Assembly (NCBI GenBank): GCA_030141605.1
Contig: JAQGDQ010000580.1
Coordinates: 1-64,000 of the forward strand
Length of the DNA: 64,000 bases
Reading direction: 5' to 3'
DNA from: Tubiluchus corallicola
Taxonomy: Eukaryota; Animalia; Priapulida
Position 1 is the stretch's first letter; each line of letters begins with the position of its first letter. The position numbers and the translations under genes are program-made. Of the stretch, positions 55,101 through 64,000 are shown piece by piece. The notes beneath the pieces are model-generated. The model saw nothing but the letters and a program-made list of their open reading frames with translations. It searched no databases and was not told where the DNA came from.

Positions 55101-58100
55101 TTCTGTACTTGCATGAAAATAGATTTTGAGAATAAATTTCAAAATGATTTCACTCCTGTAAAAGAGCTGAATCTAAAACGTTTTTTCTAAGTTGACTAAT
55201 CTACAAAATGTTTTCAGTGGCGACAGCCAGTTTGTGGTGCACCTACTTCAAAACCTGATGACACATATACCGTAACACAAAGCCATATGTTTCCTTCCAA
55301 ACACAACAGTAAATTACCTTTATACTGGGTATTTAAATTTAAGTATCAGACAATAATCAATAACATGTTTAAAGCTAATCAAAAGTTTTTATGCCTAAAA
55401 ACACACAATGTAGCTTTCTTTTGCTAAAAAGAATTTAGTCCAAGTACCTCCTTTACAGACTCCTCATCTTTTATTTTCTCTGTTAGACTTTTTTGAAACT
55501 CTTTTTTGAGTCCAGAGTTCTGCTTTTCACGCTCCAGTGTAACCAAACTTTCAAGTCCCGTTGACTCACAAAACACTGCTTCCAGAGCCTCGAAGGAGCG
55601 CTTGTTAGGTGGCAAAAGATCCTGTGCATTTAAAAAAACAGTGGTTAAAGGAAATATCAAATAGCAAACCCAAATCGTTTACTTACACCAACTCTGTGGC
55701 TTTGTGTAAACATTTTTGGAAATTTAAATAATCTCTTTACTTAATTTTTTTTTGTTATTACAGTTATAATAAATTATTATGATAATGGTTATAAATTCAT
55801 TTTTTGTAAGGGGTCATCTAGGAAGCACAATGATATAATTCTTCGGCTAGAGAATTTTATTTGTATCCTTCAGACTTTTTTCTGCAAAGAAGTATTGCCT
55901 ATTGTAATTTTCACACAGAAGAAGAAATCTGTTACAGACTTGGGTATATTCGTTTTTGGACTTTTTTAAGCTTATAATACATGTCCATACATGTCCATGT
56001 ATCCATCCAGTACACATATTTTTGTTCTAAACTTATAAAAACTTATAAAAGACAATGCAATGTATCGATACAATGATGTTTTATTACAGGCTTACACAGA
56101 GCTAAGTATACCAAAAGTTTACTAAAAGAGTACAGAAACTGTGAATTAATTCAACCCAAGTAAATATCAGCTTATAGGTTGCAAAATAATTTCCACTTCA
56201 GCATGTGTGTGATTAAAAATTCTAACTTACCAAAAGTTCGAATCCTGGCTTGCGGAGAGCCGCAACAATACTAGTCATGTCTTTTTCCTTCAGCCAAGTT
56301 TGAAACATTTTCTCTGCGAAGTCCAGGGAGATACCTGTCAAATAAACAAACAAAATAATCAATGAAGTTACTGGTTAGCGTTACACCAAAGTTATTTTCT
56401 ACAATTAATCTGATTAAAGCAGTATGAAACGGTTCATTTAAAACATAAAAAACACTATCAGCACTACATGTGATAAAATGGCCTCATTATAACTACACAT
56501 GTAGTTTCTTCTACTTGGGAAACACAAGCACTGAGAACTAGTTTGGAAATTAGCATAACATTACAATAAACACGTATAGCATCATAGCTTCCACTGGGTG
56601 CATGATCTCAGGCATGACTGAACTATTAAGCCGCCTACTACTGGGAAAGAGCAAGGAAAGAAGATGCTCTTCAACCGTTCTTTAATGATAAGATTTTCAG
56701 ACTGTATGCCTTGTGAGCAGAAGGTCTCATGTTTCAGTTCTAGGTATAAAATTTCCATCTCTGCTCCAGTGACAACCATAGAAATCCCTATTTCTCAAAG
56801 TGAGTTATGGTAACTAATTTCACGCAACTAGTTAAATGTTACTGGATATTATGTCTAAGTAGTTACTCAGCAATCAGCATATTATGTTACATAATCGAGA
56901 CACACAACTGGAAGAACTGTTAATGCAAGTATATATTTGCAACTCACCTTCTTTGACAAGAGGCTCGGCCTTGAGACATGGCAGGATGGATGGAGAAGCC
57001 ATGCCATTGGCCAGGAAGATTCCAATAATGGTGGCAAGTTTAGTTCGCTCTGCAGGAGTGAAACCCTTAAGAAACACCAAGACCTAAAAAGTAAACCAAT
57101 GATGATACATTTTTTCCTCAAAAATATGTGTAGCACTAGATGTTGTAACACACAGTTTTGTCCTGCTACAAAAATGTCTTATCATTGTTTTACAATTAGA
57201 CAGAAGACAGCCTAAGTGGTGCAATAAAAAACTAATAACCTCACTGCTGCCCTCATTTAAAAATAAACCAGAAATGACATGACACTAAACCAAAAACGTT
57301 ATTTGGAATAAACAAAAAAAATCACAAAATAATGCTTTGTGAATCAATGTCTTACAATTACAACATTACATAGAAATGCGACAAAATTTAATAAACCCAA
57401 AAAAACATAGCCATTCTGCTAGCAGGATTAATATATGCTTTAAAAATACAAGTGTTAATCATTACCTTTTTGACTTCATCTTCGAAATATTTTTCTAGAT
57501 ATTTGTAGCGACGTATCAACTTGCTGAAAACCTAAAACAATCAATGCAAATTCACTACACATAAATGTGTACTAAGCAGTCTTATGGTTAGGATTATAAG
57601 TACAAATACTATTATAATAAATATTTTCTTAGGAATAAACCTCAATGTGTCTCCACTGGCCACAAACCATGCAACTTTTTTCAATAATAATAATGTTTCG
57701 CCAATAATAAAAATGGTTGACAACATTTGTATAGAACTACAGTGCACTTGGGCTATTTTCAGCAACAATTATATTAAATAACTGATAAATCTTAATTTTC
57801 TTCAATCTAACAATTATCTTATTTCATTTAAAATTAATTTTATTGAAAATTACTGATTAATAAAATACGTTGGATACACTTTTAACAAACACAATGTTAA
57901 ACGTAGTAAAACAGCAAAACAAGTTCCTTACAAATTGCTTTTGTATTAAAAAATGCAAAAACTAGAAAGTCGGTGTATACATTGTTTTCAAAAATACCAG
58001 TAACAAATTTTTATGATGTTGCTGATTTATAGACACATTCAGTCACCCAACTACAGATTTCATGAATAGCTTGCGTGCATTGACCTAGAAGAAATTCACC

Positions 58101-59927
58101 ATGACCAAATACCAACCTTAGCATACTGTTTTATGCTATCCAGATCATCATTAGCATTAAGTACACAAACTTCAGTGCGCGCTACCTTTGACTGATCTGC
58201 ATCACCCACAATACTTCCCCCAGGAGCTACAAACATATAAAAAACAGTAATTCAACACTGAGTAGTAGCATTACTGCTACCTTACTTAAAATTACTTAAA
58301 ATCCACCAATAACTGCCTCTGATGAGGGAATAAATTCAGATTAAGCTCACCGAAATAACAGTTAATTAGCAAAATACTAATAAAGAAAAGTTTTAAACAT
58401 GTCAAACACACATAAGTGACAAATGCTCTGCCAACAATTATTACATTTACTAATGCACAATTTTCGATGCTATCTTTCCAGAATTAACAACTTAAAAACT
58501 CATCTAATAAATTAAGAATTATTTTAGTGTGAATATCATCACTCTGAAATGTTAGGACTGTTGATCATAAACGACTATCTTTATCATAAGAGTCTAAGAG
58601 AGTCTAAGACTATTCACCAAGCTCCTGAATCAAAAGTTCTGGAGCCTGATCCAAAGTTGATTTGATTTTTTTAGATTTTTTTTGACAGCCACTTTTGGCT
58701 TCAAAAATATAACAAATTGTGAGTTTAGTCCTATAATGCCTTACAGTTATTCCGCAACTAGTATACATGAATGTGGACAATGACATTTTCACAACATCAT
58801 TTCATGTCCAGAAGAAACACAAGTTATGGCAGAAAAATTGTCAACAGAGTTCAATCATTTAGTTTATCTAGTTAAATTTTAAAATTTATATCGACTTGCT
58901 ATTATTCTACCACCACATATTACTTCTTTATAATCAAGTCTATAGATAACATGCAATAAATAACCAAAACCAAAATTATCAGTTGAAGATGGAACAGACA
59001 CACAATTATTAAGTTTTTTAAATCAAACTCTGACTGTGAAAATGAAAAGTGAACAAGTCAGAAAATGCCCATCATTTACTGATTAAATCTCAATGCCAAA
59101 TTTTGACAGAAAGCCAAAAAAAATAAATAATAAATGTGGGCTTATTTCATCATCCAATATATTTGGATCCAAAACATCCCATTTTCAAAAAAAAATTGTT
59201 TAGTACAAATATTTAGTGTATACCTAATATTCCACCAGCAAACAGTATATCGAAAAGCGTTTCAGCATAACGTCGATAATCGAGTTTAGAGCCTGCAGTG
59301 TCGAGATACTTGGAAACTTTATCAAGGTCGTTCCCAGCTTCGTTAAAACCACGGATTATCGTGTCTCGAAATGCTACAGGATCATATTTCTCTTTCTCAT
59401 CTGAGAAAAAAGAATAATTTTTGCAATGCTACACTTTAAAATGCCGTTATAATTTTAAAAAAAACGCAAGTCTATACTTATTCTACCACACAGAGCAATG
59501 GTTATTGTAGAGCAAACTACCGTTATTCTTAATTTCACGGCATAACTACACTAACAATGAAAAACTATAGCTCCACAGTTAATAAAATGATAAGGCAACG
59601 ATAACATCAGTCGTAAACCTGAAATAAAATGGAAGAAACATTTTACCAAAGCTCATGTAATGTTCAGCACTCCTATGTGATAATCCCTAAAATATTTTAA
59701 TACCACCGACTAAAACTAGTGCTGGACTTTTGATTTTTAGATCGCTGACATTCTCTTCTTATATAGTTTTTATATTTAAATGGCTAACATTTATGGCCAC
59801 AGTTATATGACAATATGACCATTATATATATATTAAGTTTAATACATTACAAAAAAAACAACTTACCCCTTTTTCGGGTCTTTATGCGCTGACCAGATAG
59901 CGTTGGTTTTTCTGCCTTCTGACTCAT
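52150..59927 (-). CDS. BZW2: eIF5-mimic protein (5MP / BZW / krasavietz), W2-domain translation regulator, 11 coding exons, 422 aa
   Basis: Exons 59867-59927 ([20 protein letters not shown]), 59224-59400 (DEKEKYDP...[20 protein letters not shown]), 58117-58226, 57466-57531 ([11 protein letters not shown]), 56948-57083, 56231-56334, 55448-55621, 54876-55025 (VEWNKKE), 54245-54380 ([12 protein letters not shown]), 53156-53278 (ILKWY...[12 protein letters not shown]), 52150-52181 ([10 protein letters not shown]). GT-AG, in phase, 1269 nt. Single invertebrate co-ortholog of BZW1/BZW2. Confidence 0.97.
53340..53668 (-). mobile_element. HINE/Helentron-like remnant in a BZW intron
   Basis: Terminal palindrome CAGCTCTAGGAGCTG next to an A-rich stretch, ACAGACAG microsatellite-like core, and a TGAAATT motif. 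Confidence 0.35.
56590..56760 (-). mobile_element. Possible LINE 3'-end remnant (CR1/L2/Rex-like)
   Basis: Translated [10 protein letters not shown] resembles the terminal RxxRFKNSFFP motif; otherwise decayed. Confidence 0.3.
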
Positions 59928-60809
59928 ACAACAATATTCTAAAACACAAATAAAATATATTACCTAGGCACATACGAACATAATGCAATATTGAATACTG
60001 AATTTAGATAACGGATTAATACAGTCAAGCCAAAATTTTTACAACATAAATATAATCATTCATATTTAGTTAACTAGTGAAATGTAATAAGTTTTATCGT
60101 AAAAAAACTTAGCACCAGAATGTGTTCAAAATCCAACGAGCAAAAACTTGTGGAAGATGCTCACATTGGATTTAGCAGAATTTACAATAAACAGAAACTA
60201 CCAATGTTCAAAATATTACAACAAGAATGTTCTAATATAATTTTTTGTGGCTGCCTTTCATACATATAGATCTTTATTCATTAAAAGCTATCATCCACCA
60301 AATCCTTACACTTAATGGAAAAGTATTGGTAAAATGTTCTGTTCAGCTAAGAACTAATTGTTGTAAACACCAATAAGCAATAAAGGATGTTTGTTATTTA
60401 AAACATGAAATATTCAAAGGATAAAAACTAATCCTTTCAACACAGCTGTGTTAGAATCATGTATGCTAAACAAAAAGCAATTTTTGAATTTTGACAACTA
60501 ATTATTCCAAGTTATGAGCAATTTTCTTGTTTTAAATACTAGCTCAAGATTTGCAAAATATGCAGATTAATTTAGTAGTAGTTATAGCATAATTACATCG
60601 AATAAGAAAGTTCCTAGCAAAGAAATTAGATAACGCATCTTACAAAAAAATCAGGACATTTGCCATAATAAAGTAATTATGTGACTAAATTCAGTTTCCA
60701 TTACTAAGTTGGTACATAAGAAAAGATACACAGGTGTATAAAGCATATGTAATAGCTTTTATAGGTCTTTAAATAAGACAATTTATTATAAACACAATTT
60801 GGTACTTAC

Positions 60810-60860
60810 TTAGAACACTGGAATGCTCTGTAGCAATATAACTGATTGGCCTGGCTGCAC
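60810..60860 (-). other. Candidate upstream (5' UTR or N-terminal extension) exon of BZW, 51 nt
   Basis: Acceptor CTTTTCCTTTTTTTTGAAG| and donor |GTAAGT. The ATG-containing exon has its own acceptor 11 nt before the ATG, so upstream exons are expected. Confidence 0.6.
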
Positions 60861-61234
60861 CTTCAAAAAAAAGGAAAAGACAACATAAGGCACAAAGCAC
60901 TACCAGAATATAGACATTTATTTCCTGTTTTTGACAGAAAATATATTTGAAGGCCCTTTACTTTAATATTTTCGGAAACTAAACACTTTACCCTTTACTA
61001 ATTTCTTCAGCCATTCAAATCCCTTGTTAAGATTTAGCACACAAAGGCAGATATGTTATCTATTAATAATGTACGTGGAATACATAGAACTATTATGATA
61101 TCGGGTATACAGGACATGCACCAACAAGAAGGGCTCTTAAAGTTTACTGCACAAACAATTATAATAACAAAATGTTAAAGGAAAACTGGACGCAATCTTA
61201 AAATTCAGCTCAGAACAATCTACCCTATAAAATA

Positions 61235-61325
61235 TTAAGCACTTCATTGCCTGTATGACGAGAATCTCCCGTCACGAAAATACTATTCCAACGGGCCTGT
61301 ATGACGAGACCCTACCGTCATGCTT
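61235..61325 (+). mobile_element. piggyBac-like non-autonomous element end
   Basis: Starts at TTAA. Direct repeat GCCTGTATGACGAGA at 61249 and 61295, each copy forming a TGACG...CGTCA inverted pair. Confidence 0.4.
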
Positions 61326-64000
61326 AATATGCAAATTAACTGATGCCTATGCCAGTAGTAATAATACTGACACAAGCCATGTGCAACTGAAGAATCTAGC
61401 TTTGAAAACAAAAAGCGGTACTGTCCTCTGCTGTCTAAAAAGATGGTATACAAGCTACAAAACATTCATGGCCAAAAAACGTACAAAATACACAAAAAAG
61501 ATTGCTGTTATTACTGAACTGTCGTCTGCTACGTTGTCACTGCTGCATAGCTTTCCAGTGTGGAGCAAATTAGGGACTACCTTGCAAAATTTGGTGAAGC
61601 CAATCCATACATGTAATTAGATATGACTATTTCAACATTGTATGGTTGATAAATTGTGTACATCCAAGTTAGAAATTACAGCATTAGACTTGCCTTTATT
61701 TCTTCTACACACTATAATGGCTATTGGGTCAAACATTTGACAGCACTGCTCACACATATTTTACAAAAAATTTTGTACAAAATACAACATTCAAATTGTA
61801 CTGACAAGTGAAGGATGGCCAAAAAGTTGCTAAAGCTGTATGTGTGATGTGTGCATACATGTGCATGTAAACACATGCATATAAACTAAGCAATATTTGC
61901 TCGTGTATGCAATGCTTTTTTTAGAATCACAAAGTACCAATTCAAGTGTAGAGATGATGACGGTGGTGATACTGGTAACGATGGTGGTGACACTGATGAC
62001 GATGATGCCGACAATGACATCGACGCTAATACTTTTAGAAAAAATTATAATTATAGTATTTTTATAAATTTAAATCATAATTTAACAAACATAATAAAAC
62101 TTATTTTGTAACAACGCAACAATATTTTGCGTATCAGAAACTCTGCTTTTATTTTCTTCTACTTTTCTTTTCTTTCTGCTTTTCCTTCCCTTTTTTCTCA
62201 ACATTCCCCATCATTCTTACAAGTTCACAAGTTTGCTAATACATCAATGAAAAATGGTAACAACAACTGGTAGTAGCAGACACAGGTGGCAGTGGCATTG
62301 GTGGTGGTGGTGAAGGGTATTGCATAAAAACAGGTGCTGTACCTCACAGTTCAGAGGTGTTCAGTTGTCACATAGTGTGCACATGTTCTACAGCTGATGC
62401 GTGAGCACAGCGATAAACTTGAATTTCAATTTTAAACTTAAAATCTTGGCAACGCTTTGTATATTGTACATTAGCACTGTACTTCAATTTTCGCTTTGGT
62501 GAGCATGTGCAACACACTCATACATTGCTGTTGATATAAATTCATATAAAAAAGACTAGATAATTATCTGTGCAGAAGGCAACTTCGGTGCTATTACACT
62601 TTCGCACCTCCTAGTTTTTTCTGGCCTATTGTTTGTTTTCAGGCCTGCAGGCCAGAAAGCAGACCAACAGGCGTAATATACACCAGATTCCCATAATATT
62701 ATTGGTTTTTAGGCCTTACAATTCCAGGTTACAGTCATACATTACTTACCGTCACCAACACGCAAGAATCTCCACATGAATAACTGTGACGTATGTGGCC
62801 CTTAACCTGTATTTTTAGTTTCTTTGCATAATTTATGATTATTATGGTTGCAACCGCGGGAGTTTGTATCGTATTACAGTGTTCCCTCACTACTTCAAAA
62901 ATATTAATGTGAAATATTTATCGCGGTATCTTCGCTGTTTCGATGACATCAGAATAGTGGTAATGATGACGATAATGAAAAAAACAACACTGCAATAATG
63001 GTGGTGATAATGAGTATATAAAACTAAAATGCCATTACAATACTGTGTCATTCATTGTCTTATCTTCAAAAGACTTCCCGAATTTTTTGTTTCTTCTTCA
63101 CTGTATAGTCAGATCCAAGCTGGCATATACGAGGAAATTATCTTAGACGACTACAGTTATTTATCAATAATTTTATTTCGTAAATGCGGTTAATAAAAAA
63201 GTGTGTCACGTGCCTTTTAAGCTAGGCCCTGATAATGCCTAAACTAGTATGAAATTCGTCACGTGATTACACTACACACACAAACATGATGGCGATACGA
63301 ACTGTATAGTGTACAACTGTGAATACAACGTAATTATACACTAAATATATGAGTAAATTACCACGAGATTAGCGGAAACATTCACTGATGACGTGAGAAT
63401 AATAGAATAATGACCTACGAGCCTAGAAACGAGTAATAACCTAGAAGGTGCGAAAGTGTAATAGCGCCGGCAACTTCTCTTCTGAGCTTTTAAGGCCTGC
63501 TGTAATTTGTGTGCTTGCACTACGTAGGTGATTATTCAACTGATTCTTTCTACTCAATTTTAACATCTTATCCACCACACTCACCTTAGATACCAAGTAT
63601 TGGGTCTTTTCTGGTGCGTCTAATTGGAGATTATTCTGGCCTGGATATTATTTTACTTCAGTTTTCAAACCCTTTGTTTTAAACTAGAATTTTTGCATCT
63701 CACTTATGGTGCGAAAGAAACATTGACCAGCGACTCGATAAATTAAGGCATTATGGTTTGTCATAATTTTACTTTTTATTATACCAATTACAACTACATG
63801 ATTTACAACCCACTGAGACCATATTTTGCGCGTTATGATTTGCACTCGGGTCATTGTTAGTGAAGAATTCAGAAAAACCTTGTTAGTACTAATGACTGCC
63901 TACAATGTGAGTGTGTTCCGTCTTTCTATTATCCTTGCCAAATTAAACGCTATATTATTTTGTTAACAATACCAATACGTTAGAATACAGCGAAAACATG

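Noticed and set aside
61950-62320. GAT/GGT-rich stretches resembling acidic or Gly-rich coding sequence
   Set aside because: Degenerate trinucleotide low-complexity DNA without splice sites or a sustained ORF

Overview
AT-rich, intron-rich invertebrate animal genomic DNA (GT-AG introns, TE remnants, microsatellites). I assembled three complete multi-exon genes by hand, with consistent intron phases: molybdenum cofactor sulfurase MOCOS/ma-l (+, 3777-14763, 13 exons, ~863 aa), liprin-beta/PPFIBP (+, 20491-~50001, 21 exons, ~945 aa, plus a 262-codon alternative N-terminal exon at 35438-36223), and the eIF5-mimic BZW/5MP/kra (-, 59927-52150, 11 coding exons, 422 aa). At the left end are four exons of a two-pore channel TPC1 (-) and the last exon of RNase H2 subunit A (+). 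The most striking observation is that these two exons are both 5'-truncated and abut back-to-back at 2032/2033, which indicates a rearrangement breakpoint or an assembly misjoin. Other leads are the poor-context AUG of BZW with candidate upstream exons that would add an in-frame 30-aa N-terminal extension, the alternative liprin-beta N-terminus, a degenerate hammerhead-ribozyme-like motif, and several MITE/LINE/LTR remnants. I see no convincing evidence of a wholly new multi-gene system. Most entries in the short-ORF track are spurious intronic ORFs. Protein identifications rest on remembered family motifs, not on database searches.
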